Assembly: GCA_025201805.1 (NCBI GenBank)
Contig: MU619256.1
Coordinates: forward strand, 1-64,000
Direction: 5' to 3'
DNA: 64,000 nucleotides
Origin: Parasitella parasitica NRRL 2501
Lineage: Eukaryota; Fungi; Mucoromycota
Position 1 is the first letter of the stretch; every line of letters begins with the position of its first letter. The notes under the pieces are model-generated. The model was not told the origin of the DNA. It saw only the letters and a program-made list of their open reading frames with translations, and did no database searches. Positions 1 through 14,563 of the stretch are shown piece after piece. The position numbers were made by a program, and so were the translations under genes.

Positions 1-285
1 ACTTGGCGCTATCTGGAAACAACATTTGAATCCATGTTTTTATTGATATATCTAAAGTTATCATATGATATCACAAATTTACATATCAGAATTGCATATA
101 ATTGATGATAGGCTTCGATAAAGAGCAAAATAAAACACTGTCTTATGCGCCATAAGTACAGGCATGATCATCGCTATATGAGCATAACTTGCTTTCCACT
201 GGGCGACCTGTCTATCACAAGTTATCTGCAAAAACAGTTTTATTTTTCAATTTTTATCATAAATATCTCATATATGCTCATAATT
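1..285 (+). repeat. ~280 bp non-coding repeat unit, copy 1 (runs off the window start)
   Basis: Aligns by eye with 1269-1530 (e.g. ACTTGGCGCTAT, CCATGTTTTTATTGATAT, CATATCAGAATTGCATATAAT, CTTCGATAAAGA, ATCATCGCTATATGAGCATAACTTG, TTCCACTGGGC). All three + frames contain stops. Confidence 0.85.
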
Positions 286-782
286 GGTCGCCCAAATTGC
301 CAGTGGCAAAATTTTTGAATTTTCGGAGTTTCAATATTTAAACGCCGCTTTTCTGATTTTGCAAACCTTGTTGAATTGTTCGTTTATTTAATTTATTATG
401 TGGATTTAAAAATTCGCTACTGTTTATAGTGGTTATTTTTACAAATAGAAGTTGCTCAGAATACATAAAATCGTAAATAATGGCGAGTTCTCTGTAATAT
501 CATAAATAAATATTGACTAGTGAGGAATGTGTATAAAATAATGTAAATTTAAATTTGCGAATGAAAAGGTTGTTTATTATCATTGTGGGCAAAAGCAAAA
601 CATATACAACCTGGAGTAAGATTAATCAATGACTTTATAAAAAAGATAAGTGTAAGTAAAGTCAATCCTGAACACAATTCACGAACATTGCCTAATGGAT
701 CATTTCCCCTTATTTATAACCCAACATGACATTTTCATGGAGAATAGATACAATCTAATGTTCCATTCTCTAAATTACTTCA

Positions 783-1205
783 TGTCTCACACTTGTACCT
801 TATTCCCCATCGGTACACTTAGATTCACTAGTATATAAACTATCAGGGATCTACGGCTTTAATAGATAATCAAGGACAGATTAATAAGAGAAGGTATGCA
901 GAAGCTTATTTTAAACAAGGAGGGAAAGGTGGAGAAAGATAAGAAGATTGCTAAGGATATTTAATAAGGGAATTTGATGATAAGATCTGACGAAGAAAAC
1001 TTGTTTTTGCTGATCAAAATGGCCCCTGTTTATACCTTTTTGCGAACTGTTTAGTTCACTGAAATGTGAACTAGACTATTTCCTATAATGTGGATCAATT
1101 AGTTAAATAGGATATTGTGGATCGATTTGGGAAGAACGAGGTGATATGTAATTTTAGATCAAGATGTATAATTGTTTTGCCTTGAAGGCTGACAGGTTCA
1201 TGACA
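783..1205 (-). mobile_element. possible solo LTR
   Basis: Bounded by TGTC(783)...GACA(1205). A TATA-like TATAAA on the minus strand near 1030 is followed by a pyrimidine-rich stretch. The ~280 bp repeat resumes at about 1206. No target-site duplication or PBS found. Confidence 0.3.
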
Positions 1206-1530
1206 CAAAAGTTATTTTCAAAAACAGGTTTTTCTTCATCATTTATCACAAATATCAAATATTTGCTCACTTGGCGCTATATGTGGCAGCAACATTGGCT
1301 TCCATGTTTTTATTGATATCTATAATTATCAGATGATATCACAAATTAACATATCAGAATTGCATATAATCAATGATAACCTTCGATAAAGACCAAAATA
1401 ATCTCTGTCTTAGGCGCAATAAGAACAGGCATAATCATCGCTATATGAGCATAACTTGGGTTCCACTGGGCAATGTTTCTATCAAAAGCATTAATATTCT
1501 GCATAAACAGTTTAATTTTTTTATATAATA
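1206..1530 (+). repeat. ~280 bp repeat family, copy 2 preceded by the tail of another unit (tandem arrangement)
   Basis: 1269-1530 matches 1-260; 1206-1268 matches ~216-280, the end of the unit. Confidence 0.85.
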
Positions 1531-2307
1531 TAAATAATTTATCATAATATCAGATGTTGTGATCACGGCTTCTCTGCTAAAAGAACCGTAGACTTGAGGC
1601 TATTGGTAAACACATTTGCTTCGACTTTATAAAGTTATTTATTAGCAAGGGTCATAATTTGTAGTCTTCGGTGAAATTTTAACGGAGCAGCATGAATGCT
1701 TGCGAATATTGACACAGAGTATCTAATAACAGTGTAAATTAAGGAAAGGGAAGAGGCTACAACATTTCTCCAAAGAAAGACAATTGAATCTGCCACTGGT
1801 TAAATATAGAGAATCGTATCGCAGCAATAATGCAATTATTGTAATTGCTTTCTCTAATTAAAAAAAAATAAATACTGGATCTAATATTTTACTTTATAAA
1901 AGACACGACTAACTTTCGTTCCAATTTCACATCTAAGAAAAAACAAGAAGTTTCTGGTCATGCAATCTACGTTTGCCATTGGAATTAGACTGGAAGCGGA
2001 TAATGCTAGATTAACGAATTTGATAAGTGTAATTCTTTATTAAGCCTTCTTCATGACTACCGTGTTCATTTTCTTCTCCAACTTTAAGCTTGAAGATTCT
2101 AAAAGCCAGGCACTTAATAATTATTCATCTTATTCAGCTTAAATGTATGTGCGTTGCTAACCTTATTTGTGAAGGTAAGGCATTAATGATGGTAATCGTT
2201 TCAATGATTGAAACGCAGCACCTGGTAAAGAACATCCTTCGCGGCGCATGAGTTTCTTTCTTTTTACACTCTTTTTTTTCTTTTCAAGTCTTTAAAAAAC
2301 GTTAGGA

Positions 2308-5009
2308 ATGAGCGAAGATACCTTCTCCTCAGCTATTCATTATTGGAAGGGTATCCAGCTTTCTAATCTACAAAAGGAACTTGACCAGCAAGGACTTGCC
2401 ATTGTAGAAAAGCAAAAAGATGGCCTTGTCTCCAGAAAAAAACTGGCAGAGCAAACCAGAGGTACGTACAACAATCATATACGTGTTTTGGTAAACAAAG
2501 CAACCAATTATTGAGCCTTTCCAGAATTTAAAAAGATTCCTGACGAAGACAAGCTGCAAAAGTTTAAACCTCTTTTGAAAGGTGTGTGAATACAACATCC
2601 TGAATTACAGAAAATTGCATTAACATGGTTAAAATACAAAAAGGATATCAGGCCGAAATAGACAACATTACAAAACGTACGAAATATGCAGAAAATGCAT
2701 TTTTGACGGTTTATAAATTGTTGGCAGATGCTCCTGATCCAGCACCACTATTCGAAATAGCTGTGGTAAAACAAACCCCCCCCCCCAAAATTTGCATGAT
2801 TCAATGAAGGCATTACTTATATTACAAGACATTAGGACCAAACTGCGAAAATGGTCGACAATACTTCACTCCAAAACGAAAACAGCTATCTTAAAGAGCA
2901 ATTACAAAAGGCAAATGAAAATATTAAACGACTCGAGGCAACAGAAAAGACAAATCAAGAATTGGTACAAAAAGTATCGTCTTTGGAAGAATCGGTAAAG
3001 ATATACAATACATCCAACAGTTTTGTTAGCTTGCATTAATGCAGTCATTATGTTTTTTTTTGTCATAGTTGGCAGAGAGAAAATCTAAAGATACCAGTCA
3101 GATGGAGCAAGAGATGAAAGATCAATACAGTGATAAGATTAGGCAACTGAAAGAGCGGTATGTAATGGAAAAGTATACATAAAAAAAGTAGCATACTCAT
3201 ATATGTATATGCGCATCATGATAGTGAATACGATCTTCAAAAGCAGCTAAATCAGGCATTGGATCAATTGACCGACTTGCGACAATCTCACGATGATACT
3301 CAGGCACAACTTATTGGCCATGATCAAAAATATGGTTCGCACAAAATGATGTCAATTTAAGAATTGCTTTTGATAAACTGTTTGATAGATGAAGAAGTTG
3401 TTGGGAAATTGGCAGAGTTAGATATTGTCACAATGGACCTCGAACGTGCCAATGGAAAAATTATCCAACTGGAGAAGAAGAATGATGATTTGAAAGAAGA
3501 GAATACGAAACTGCGCGAATCTAGAGATATCGTTGACAGGTAAAGATCATTTACTCGAGTTAGCACGCTACGATTTATCCATACATATGCATATTATAGA
3601 AACGAATCAACGCAACATGATGCTGAAGTAACCAAGCTAATTAAAGATGTCGACACCTACAAAGATATGCTTCACAAAACAGAGACAAGACTATCAAAGA
3701 AGATTAAGGAACTGACTAATGAAAACAAATCACTGGTAAGCAAAGGACATACAATGCACGATATACTTGACTTAAAAGGATATTCATGCACTAGACGGAA
3801 GAAAAAGAGAATTTGAAGAAAAAGATGAAGAATTACGAAGATTACGGCGAGATAAAACGAGAACTGCAAATAATGAAGGTACCACCATGTGAATGTTTAG
3901 GACCAACAGTTATCTAACGTGCAACAGTATGTGGAGTTCTCGACTGGCGAGGATGAAGACGATTTCATTGCAGACGATGTGTTGAAGAAGGACGGGACAA
4001 TCGAAAATAGCCTGGAAGCTCGACTGATGGAAAAGAACAAGAAGTTGGAAAGCGAGTACACACAAATCAAAGTGGCATTTGCAGATCTTCAGCGAGAATT
4101 CAATAAACACACAGAGAGTATACACTCGTTGCAAAACAAACTGCAGGAAAAGACAGCGCTTGTTCAGCGTTTGGAGGATGACTTGCTTGGGATGGGCCAA
4201 AAGTCCAATCCTGACCCTTATAACCTGGAGGCGCTGAGGAGTTCATCAGGGACACCTGTTCCCCGAACCCCAGATGGAGCATTGACGCCTCTTTTGGATG
4301 GATCTAAAAAGGAAGACAAGAGTATTTTGCCTATTGTCATCAGCCAGCGTGATAGATTCAGAAAAAGAAACAACGAGCTGGAGGAACGCATTCGTTCTTT
4401 GGAGACATCATTGCAGGACGCACGCACAGAAGTCCAAAATCTCAAAACCGACAATTTAAACTTGTATGAGCGCCTCAAGTTTGTCCATGTTTGGAAGGAA
4501 GGACAGCAGCAGGACAAGGGTTTGATGGTAACAAAAAGTGTGCGTCTTAAAAGAGGACGTGAGCCTAATTTTTGCGTTAGAATCGCTCTGTTGCTGTCAA
4601 TATGGGCGAGCCTGGCACATCAACGAGAAGCTTTAGAAGGAGCTCCATCAAACAATTTGACGATCCATCCGACAAGTATGGCAAATTATATGAAGAAAGC
4701 ATGAACCCATTTACTCAATTCCACAAAAAGGCAAGTGACAGACATGTAGATGCACAATACAGTTCTAACCTGTGCATGTAGGAAGAAAACCGTAGATATA
4801 ACGCGCTAAATCCAGCAGAAAAACTAACGCTGAACCTGACTCGCCTGCTGTTTTCGCACAAATGGTCTCGCTATTTCTTTATCATTTACTCTTTGCTCCT
4901 ACATTTTTTGGTTGTTATCACTTTGTATCAGCTCAGTTTATGGGAATGCAGACACGATCATGAGGCTATCAACTTTCCTACTGGCAATAATGATGCGGCA
5001 AAAACGTAG
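2308..5009 (+). CDS. COY1: Golgi coiled-coil protein CASP/Coy1 (CUX1 N-terminal-like plus CASP C-terminal TM domain), multi-exon
   Basis: N-terminal LQKELDQQGLAIVEKQKDGLVSRKKLAEQTR and YQAEIDNITKRTKYAENAFL..Y..LADAPDP; CASP_C motifs ILPIVISQRDRFRKRNNELEE, DNLNLYER, YEESMNPFTQF; TM segment SRYFFIIYSLLLHFLVVITLY. Stop TAG at 5007-5009. One GC-AG intron (4731-4781). Confidence 0.9.
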
Positions 5010-5254
5010 CTGTAATAAAAGTTTGCTTGACAAAAAGATTTTCAAGCATGCAATCCAAATCCGGATCTGCACCACACACAGTCTATTTCCGGAAACAAAC
5101 TGTACAATGACTGTCCATGAAGTAATTTGTTAGTTTCGCATAAAAACAGGTCAAATGTTCTCTACTTGTCCTTTCTCTCTTTCCATCTCTAACTCTATAC
5201 AACAACTCACATCTACATCATCACCATAACCAGACAAATAATACAAATAAAAGC

Positions 5255-8200
5255 ATGTTGGAGTCTGTCGTCTCTACTCTTCTGAACAGAGTCTTGGGCG
5301 CGTATGTCTCGAATCTGAATTATAGTCAGCTCAAAGTTGGCATTTGGTCAGGTAAACACAAACAATCATCAATTCGATGCAGGCATTCATTTCATATGCT
5401 TAGGCGAGGTTACATTGCGTGACCTGAAGCTTAAGCGTGAAGCTTTGGATAAGTTCAATTTGCCTGTGGACGTATTAGAAGGTACGTTAGCCCCTCCTTA
5501 CTGAGGCAACACACCAAACAAACCGTCAAATTTATAGGCTATCTTGGAGAACTGACATTAACTATACCTTGGAACAATTTAAGAGGGAAGCCTGTTGTAA
5601 TCCATGTAAAGGATGCCTATGTATTGGCAGTGCCTAGAAATGAGTCTACCGTAAAAAATAAAATAAAAATAAATAGACAATTACATCATATCTAATCACC
5701 CTTTGAAATAGATGACAGCCGAAGAACTAGCACAGCGAGACCAAGACGCTAAAATGAGAAAGCTGGACAATGCTGAATTAATGGTGGATGCAAGTGAACA
5801 TAATGCGGCCGAAGATGCAAAAAATGAGACATTCGCCAACCAGTTGCTGACAAAAATCTTGAATAACTTGCAATTCTCAATTTCAAACATTCATATTCGA
5901 TACGAGGACAATATCTCGACTGATCATCGTTTTGCTGCTGGAGTTACATTGAGCGAATTGTCAGCAATCACTACGGATGAGAATTGGACCGCAAATACAA
6001 TCAGCGAGACTGTAAACACTATTCACAAGGTAAGTTTTCACACATCTTTTTGTGGGTGGGTCTTCTAGAGAAAGTGCATTAACTCGGCAATCTAGCTGGC
6101 TACACTGGAATCTCTGTCAGTATATTGGGATACTAATGCGCCCACTTTATCTCAATCTGAAGACCATGCTGCATTCAAAGACCTGGTATGACGTAACTCT
6201 CAAAGACATTACATTCATACTAACACAGTGTAGATTGCCACCAAATATCATGTCCCCAACGAGCATCAGTACATACTAAAACCTGTATCTGGAACAGGAA
6301 GAGTAAAGTTGTTCAAGCACTTTGGTGGAGATGTACCCAAGATTGACGCCAATCTTTTGTTTGATGAACTGTCATTTGCGGTGGATAACGAGCAATACAG
6401 AGATACCATATTGATGATCGACCTATTCCACTCCTACTTAAAGAAGCAAAAATACAAGAAGCTTCATCCTTCTAGTGATATGACACCCAAATCCGACCCC
6501 TTGGCATATTTCAAATTTGCGGGCAATGCAGTTTTATCAGAGATTCATGAGCGCAACGAACGATGGACCTGGAAGCGCATCAAACAGAGAAGCGATAACA
6601 GAAAGCTATACCTAGAATGCTATGTGCAGCATAAGTTGGACAGAGCATCGCCAGAGCAATTGGATAAACTGCATGAGTTGGAACGGACACTGAGTTACGA
6701 AGATCTTCGATTCTATCGCAGTCTAGCAAAACCAAAACTACGCAGTGAGAAAGCCCGTATTGCTGCCATTGAAAAGCGACGTAAAGAAGAAGCAGCTGCA
6801 AGCAAGACAAATCAAGGGTGGGGCATCAGCAATTGGTGGTATGGCACCGACGGTAAAGCACCGAATTCTACCAATGACGAAGCTCTGAACGAAGACCTTG
6901 TCATCACTGAAGAGCAGAAGCTCGAGTTTTATGATGTAATTGATTACGACGCTGATAAAGCAGCTATTGCAGCATCGATTGACTTACCAAAAGACGTAAG
7001 TATATCGTATTAAAAGTTGCGCTGACTGTCAGTAACTGATTGGGATTGTCAAAACCCCCCATATAGACTATGCTGCTATCGTTGACAACATCACTCAACA
7101 AGGGCTCTTTTACAGTTCGCAAAGATCCTCATGATAAATCGACAGATCTAGTTTCACTTGTCTTTGACAATGTCAGCTTGGGCATAATCCAATATGTCGA
7201 ATCCTTCACAGCCACAGCAGCACTAGGAGACCTCTGTCTCTACGATGGTATTCACATTGATTCTCCTTACTACAAGCTTATGGGCGCCAAGGATAAAGAC
7301 AACACAGATGAAGAGAAACTCAAGAAACGTAGAAAATCCTCATCGGCTGCTGAGATTCTCTTTCAGGCAACTATCCAAGACCCTTTCTTCACGGCTAAAT
7401 TCGAGCATAAACCACTTGACAGCCGTGCTGACAATGCTGTGGCGTTATTCATGCGCAATATCGACATTGTGTACAATCCTCTTGTCATCTATCAAATTGT
7501 CGATTTTTTTACGCCGCCAGAGACAAGTGCAGATAGCATCAACGCTTTGATCGAAGTGGCAGGCGATACTTTGGAAGATATCAAAAACCAAACTAGAGCT
7601 AGTCTGGAATTTGCACTGGATCAGCACACTACATTTGATCTGCAGATTGACATGGATGCACCTGTTATCATCATTCCCGAGGATTGCTCCTCCATTACGT
7701 CTCGAGGCATCGTAATGGATGCAGGCCATATCAACGTGGAGAGCAGGCTAGCTCCTCCTGACGCCTTGAATTTACTCAAAGCAAAATCTGCTGCTGACAT
7801 GACTATTGAAGACAATAAGAAATTGCGCGAACTCATGTACGACAAATTCACCGTTCAGTTGACGCAGACAAAGATTCTTGTGGGTTCCATTGAAACTTGC
7901 CTAGTGCAAGTGCGTACCCCTCGCGAAGAGTTGCGTTATCTCCATCTAGTGGACCGCATTGATATGACGTTCTTGGCCGAGCTTTGTATCATCCGAAAAT
8001 CCATCGAAATGCCTCGCTTCAGAATATCTGGCCATCTGCCCCTACTTGAAGTCAACTTTTCAGACACCAAGTATCGCGCCATCATGCAGTTGCCTCGTCT
8101 GATTGACGCATCTGGCCTATTGGGCGACAAAAAGACAAGCGAAACGGCGCAAGCTGGCAATTATTATGCTAGCATGGACAAGAAAAACCAGGTAGACCAA

Positions 8201-11200
8201 CGTTGGTTCAATCTAATGAACACACCTTTGTGGAGCAAGAGTAAAGATGACGTGTTTGTGGATACAGACAGCGAGCACAGCAACGATGACAAGGAAGATG
8301 CGTCTATTACCGATACTGTAGAGACTGGAGAAACCGAGGTCACTCATGATAAAACTAGCAAGGCTGAAAAGGACATTATTAGTGTTGAGGAGCGTATGTT
8401 TGAACTGAGTTTCAAGGTGGATCGTGTGCTTGCCAATGTATTGGAAGCGCTGCATCATGAAAAGACTGATGCTCCCGAGACGTTGCTGTGCCAAGTAGAT
8501 TTGCAGAATCTAGTGCTGGGATACAACATGCGTCCTATGGACATGACAGTGAGCCTCACTTTACAATCGCTGGATGTGACAGATCGCATGCAGCACGGAG
8601 ACGAATTCAAGTACTTGGTCACGTCAGATCAGTATGCGCTCCAACCTGGCCAAAGCCATAGCCAAGATGACATGAAAAATTTGGTCAATGTAGAGTACAT
8701 TCGCTGCAATAAGGCTAGCCCTGAGTATGTCAGCAAGTATAAGGGTATAGACCAAACTGTGCAAGTGACGCTATCTACATTGAACTTTGTTGTCACCCGT
8801 AGCTCTGTTTTACAGCTGCACAACTTTATACTGCATACATTCGTAGATGACGAAGTGACGAGCAATGCTAAATCCAACGACTCTACTCGCAGACAGTCTG
8901 TATCGCTACTCGCCACTACAACTCATCCAGCAGCTACTACGACCAACGATAATGCTAGCAGTAGCAGCAGCATCTACGTGCGTCTCTTGCTGGATAGTGT
9001 TAATTTTGTTCTCAATAACGACGGCGTTCGCTTAGCCACTGGTGAGCTGTCGTTGGGCGACTTGTCCACCATCATCTTGGATGGGCAAGTAAATGTTGCT
9101 GCAAAGTTTGCTAATTTTACATTGACTGATAATTTGACACCGGTGCACGAAAGCCCACAACATTCGACTAGTAATCAACTATTGACTATCCAAGGTGAGG
9201 AGTTGATTGATTTGCGATACAATTCGTACATCAACGATGGGCGAGAAGGCTATCCTGGCTACGATCATGCACTTTACGTTCGCATGGGCTCAGCCCAATT
9301 CAACTTTTTAGAGCAGCCTCTTCACCAATTAATGGACTACCTGAGCAAGTTTGCAGAGATGAAGTCTACTTACGACATGGCTCGCCAAGCTGCACTAGAA
9401 TCAGCGCAGCAACTGGGCCAAGCCGCTACAAAGACACATTTTGACGTTGTCATAGAAACGCCAGTAGTGTTGTTTCCTGAGAACCACCAAAATGCATCTG
9501 ACGTTGTGGTAGCTCATCTTGGCGAGATTTGGGCATCCAACTCGTTTGTAGATGAATATGATGGCTGCATCAATACCATCAAAGCTGGTCTGCGTGCTAT
9601 TAACTTGACATCCAAGTTTTACATCTCTCAGCAGCTGCAAACACTGCCCATGGTAGATGACATTGACCTGAATTTGGATATCAAAATACCTCAAGAATCC
9701 TCCAAGACCCGCCCAAATGTTGATATATGTGGTGGCATCAAAGATGTTACGATGCGTTTGACAGAGAGGCAGTATGTGTTTCTGATGGATGCCATCAACA
9801 TGTTTTCTCGTGTATTCTCTAGTAATCCGGAGCAAAACACGCCAGTATCAACGACAATAGGCACCACAAAACAGCCAGACTTGGCCAAAGCCGTTCATGA
9901 CGGCCTATCAAGCAACAGAAAGACGGTCGAAATGTTTACAGAAACGGATAAAACGAACGACCGGCCTCGTATTCAGTTTACCTTGGACGCAAAGACAATT
10001 GGGTTGGAGGTTTACAAAAACAACGCTGACATGGATGCAAAGAATATTCAAAAGCCTGATAGTTTGGCACGCATTGCTTTGAACACTACTAATGTCAAAT
10101 TCCGCATGTACAATGACGACTCTATGGACGTGAATCTGGTGGTCCATTCGCTAGCTGTTGACGATACAAGACCTGGAATCAACAGCAAGTTCAAGCATAT
10201 CGTGCCTGTGATTGAGGACGGACATCAGTTTAAACTTCAGCTGGATCTCAAAGAGCCTGATCCGGTTCGATCTGGTATTGTGGTCATGACAGTAAAGGAC
10301 CCCAAGGTTATCCTGTCGTTAGACCATGCCTTCTTGTTGCGCGATTTCTTTACGTTACCCTTCAGCGGAAAGGCCGAGGAGCATAGAAGCCCCAACGTCA
10401 GCCAAGAGCAGCAACAGACACAGGGAATGGAGCTGTCTTATCTGCTCACCGTCGTCAATGCCGAGTTTATCTTGCTGGCTAATCCTGATCATGCTAATTC
10501 TGAGGCCGTTGTGCTTTCGACTAAGGAATTGCTGATCACACAACAGACTAAAACAGCCCTTGTCATCAAGCAAATGGGCATGTTCCTGTGCCGCATGGAT
10601 ATGCGCAAAAAGTCGACATTACGGTTCATCCAGCCGTTTGATGTCAATCTGTCCATGAACGGCAACCCTAAAAATGATCAGGGCGGTCTTTTGACTGATC
10701 TTGTCATGAATATCGACCCGCTTGTCTTGCGATTGTCTTACCGTGATGCCATGCTGGTCACAGATATATTCAACAAGGCTTACGAACTCTACAGTGTCAG
10801 CATCAAAGATGGCCAAGGTGGACAGCAAACGACTGCTGAGTATGCTCAAAGCCTCATCTCACCGTCCAATCAAGACGACATCGACTACTTGAACGAAATT
10901 GCTTTAGCCCAGGAATCACTGCGAATTTCCTTTCACGGTGCGCAGATCATCCTCATTGAAGAATTGCACGAGACACCCATGGTTGATATGAATTTGAAGC
11001 CATTCAACGTCGAAGTGGCCAACTGGTCCAAGGCTTTGTCTGCCATGGTAGAATTCCAAGCGTACATCAACTATTTCAATATTAAAAACTCGCATTGGGA
11101 GCCACTGGTGGAGCCGTGGAGCTTTAGGCTGGAGTTGGCTCGCAATCCCTTGACCAAAAACGATCCTTTGAATATCAAACTGGTATCCAATTCCATTTTG

Positions 11201-14200
11201 AACGTAAACATAACGCACACATTCCTGGAAAGCGCATACAACAGTATGAATCTGATGGATAAACAAAAGAACGTAAGTAAGCAGCCCTCAAGTAGATGCA
11301 AAACACCCACTAAAATACGATCAAATAGACAATCTTCAGTGGCGAAAGAGGCACAGTAGCGCCTTACGAGCTGCGCAACAGGACAGGCTACAACATCATG
11401 GTATGGAATTCAGCCAATCCCAAAGACGGACCGGTGATCCATGAAATCAAAGATGGAGGCAACAAGCCCTGGTGGTTTGAAGATTGGAAAACACGTCGAG
11501 AGACAACCTCGTTTGCAAGCAATAATCTAAATGTTCAAATTGACGGCGCCATGTGGGAGAGCTTGCGCGATATCAAATTAGACACAGAAGGTGAGCATAT
11601 GCATGCACTTCGACCCATGGTTGCAAATGTGCAGCACCGCATTGTGTTCGATGTCAAGCTCGTGGACAATATCAAGATTGTCACTATTCGGTCGTCGCTT
11701 GTCATTGAAAATAGAACGCTGTTGTCCGTGGACGTTGCTTCTATTGACCCCAGTGGCAAAATGGATGGGTCAGTCAAGAAGGTTGCTCCTGGAGAAAACT
11801 ACCCTATCCCTATTGAAAAGGCGTACACCAACAGATTCTGCATTCGACCCGATGGTAAGTTTTTGATCATTTTGTTCATTTGGATTATACGTTATTTACC
11901 CTCCCTCCCTCCCCTCGCCCTTCCCCTCCGCATTGCACATTCAGCCGGATTTGGCTATGGATGGACTGAGAAGACGTTCCACTGGAAAGACTTTGCAAGC
12001 CCTGCAAAACCTCAAAATACGTTCAGCTGTTTAGCCAAAGAAGCTGATAATAACATGCCTCCGTTTATCTTCCAAATCAACGCTCGTCTAGACAAGAATA
12101 GCATATTGTTCGGACAGTATCCCGTCATGGGCATTCGCTTAAGCGCTCCTATCGAGATTGAAAATCTGCTGCCGTTTGACTTTAACTTTCGCATTGTCGA
12201 CAAGACGTCTGGTCAAGATTTCAGCTCTTATCTGCGTAAAGGAGGCGTTACGCCTATTCATGTCATCGAGAATGGCCATTTGGTCTTGCTGAACCTTGAA
12301 ATGCCAGACACCGATTACAAGGGGAGCGAATACGCAATCATTAACACAAAGCGCACTGACGATCTAGACGTTGACCACTCTATTGAGCTTGTGAATCGAA
12401 AAGACAAAAGCAAGCTCAATATCCGCATCAATACTCTGGACATTCCGGATTCAGGTGGGGCCAAGAAATACAGCATCTTCAGCCCGTACATCATCATCAA
12501 CAAAACCGGCCTCCCCATCAGTTTCAAAGAGAAGCCTGCATGGTCTGAGGCTTTATATTCGCTCGGAGAAACCGTTACCATGTCCAAACCTGGTCCTAAA
12601 CCAGAGCCGCTCATGTATTCGTATCCTCGTCTAGACAATGGAAACCGGACTCTGATCCAGGTCGACAAGTCAGAATGGAGCCAACCTTTGAGTTTCGAAG
12701 CTATTGGCAGTGTCTACGATGTCGCTCTACCAAACGCCGGTAGGTCGGAAGAAATACACGTTGGAATCAATGTACAGGAAGGACAAGGCAAATTCAAGCT
12801 TACGAAAGTCATCACCATCACCCCTCGCTTTGTTTTGAGTAACCAGATCGACGAGAACATCCACTATCGTGTACCAGAGACCAAGACTGATTTAATATTG
12901 GAGGCCAACCAACGCATTCCTTTATACAATATCCGGATACAAAACGAAAAGCAGCTGACAATCAAGCTTGAAGGTTACAGCAACTCGTGGTCGGCGCCCT
13001 TCAACATCCAAGATATCGGCGATGTCCATATTCGGCTAACTAATGACTATGGTAACCGCGATACTCTTGTCAAGGTAACCACACTCATTCAAGATGCTAC
13101 CATCTTTATCGTGTTGCGAAACGAGGCCCAAGACAACTGGCCCTATCTCCTGGTCAACAAGACAAATGAAGACATGGTTTTCTATCAAGAGGATCCAGTG
13201 GTTCTGCGGGATGATTATAGCTCGGCTCCTGTTCGAAATCCTCGCATCAAGCGGTACCGCTTGTTGGCAAACACGTCTGTTCCCTACTCGTGGGACCTGC
13301 CTGCTTACAAGGACAAGAAGATTATCCTCAACATCAATGGGAGAGAGAGAAGCATCAATCTACAAGAAATTGGCAACATGCTACCCTTTAGACACACCAC
13401 CCGAGAAGGCACACCTACTATTACCTCCATCGATGTCAAGATTCGTGGATCTCGTCGTATTTTAGAGCTAAAGCCATTCAATCAGAGCGATAGCTTATTC
13501 AAGCCTGTGCCCGAGAACAACAGCCTCGGTCGATCCGGTTCTTCCATATCGGTGTCTTCGGTTGACTCTGTCGCCAAAGAAGGATTTGAAGCTGCTGATA
13601 TGGACATGTCTGTGAATGCTGTCTTCCAGATTCAATTAAAAGAAGTTGGCATCTCGATGATCAGCCGCCAATTGCAAGAATTGGCTTATGTAACCTTCAA
13701 GGGCATCGATCTAAAGCTGACAGATTCAGCCATGTACCATTCGTTACGCTGGAACATTGAATGGGTCCAAATCGACAATCAAATGTACGGCTCAGTGTTT
13801 CCTATCCTTCTTTATCCTACCAATCTGACGGACAATGGTAGCCGTAAGGACAACAAGATACTGCCTACTGTCCAAATGGCCCTCGACCGTGTCAAGGATG
13901 ATTCTCATGGCGTAGTTTACTTCAAGTATTTCTCCATCCTGCTGCAGGAAATGAGCATCGAATTGGACGAAACATTCGTGTACGCTGTCATGGACTTTGT
14001 CCATATTGATGATGGCCAAAAGGCCAGTGACCCAGCCACCGATGCCAAACTCTGGGAGTACACAACTGATATCCCTGATGTCAAGCCCCACGACAACGTT
14101 GCTCAGATTTATTTCGAAGTTTTCAGCATACAGCCTATCCGATTCGATCTGTCCTTCCTCAGGTCTGACCAAGAAGACGGCAAAAGCAATGTGCAGCAAA

Positions 14201-14525
14201 CCAACACACCCCTCATGTACATTGTCAACGCCTTGACCATGGCAATCGGCAACATCAATCAGGCACCATTGAGATTCAATGCTTTGGCTATTGAGAATGT
14301 CATGGCGAGTGGTCCTGATCTAGCAAACCGCATTTCTATTCATTACAGCGATCAGTTGATTTATCAGGTACACCGTATCCTCGGCTCTGCTGATTTCTTG
14401 GGCAACCCTGTAGGCCTGTTTAATAATCTGAGTTCTGGTGTTGCTGAATTGTTCTATGAGCCATGGCAAGGCTTGATTATGAGTGATAGACCGCAGGATT
14501 TAGGCTACGGTATTGCAAAGGTACG

Positions 14526-14563
<38 letters not shown>

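Noticed and set aside
11855-11944. Apparent hydrophobic insertion in VPS13 (GKFLIILFIWII...)
   Set aside because: It is a 90-nt stop-free GT-AG intron, not a TM helix. The same applies to the 63-nt intron at 18879-18941.
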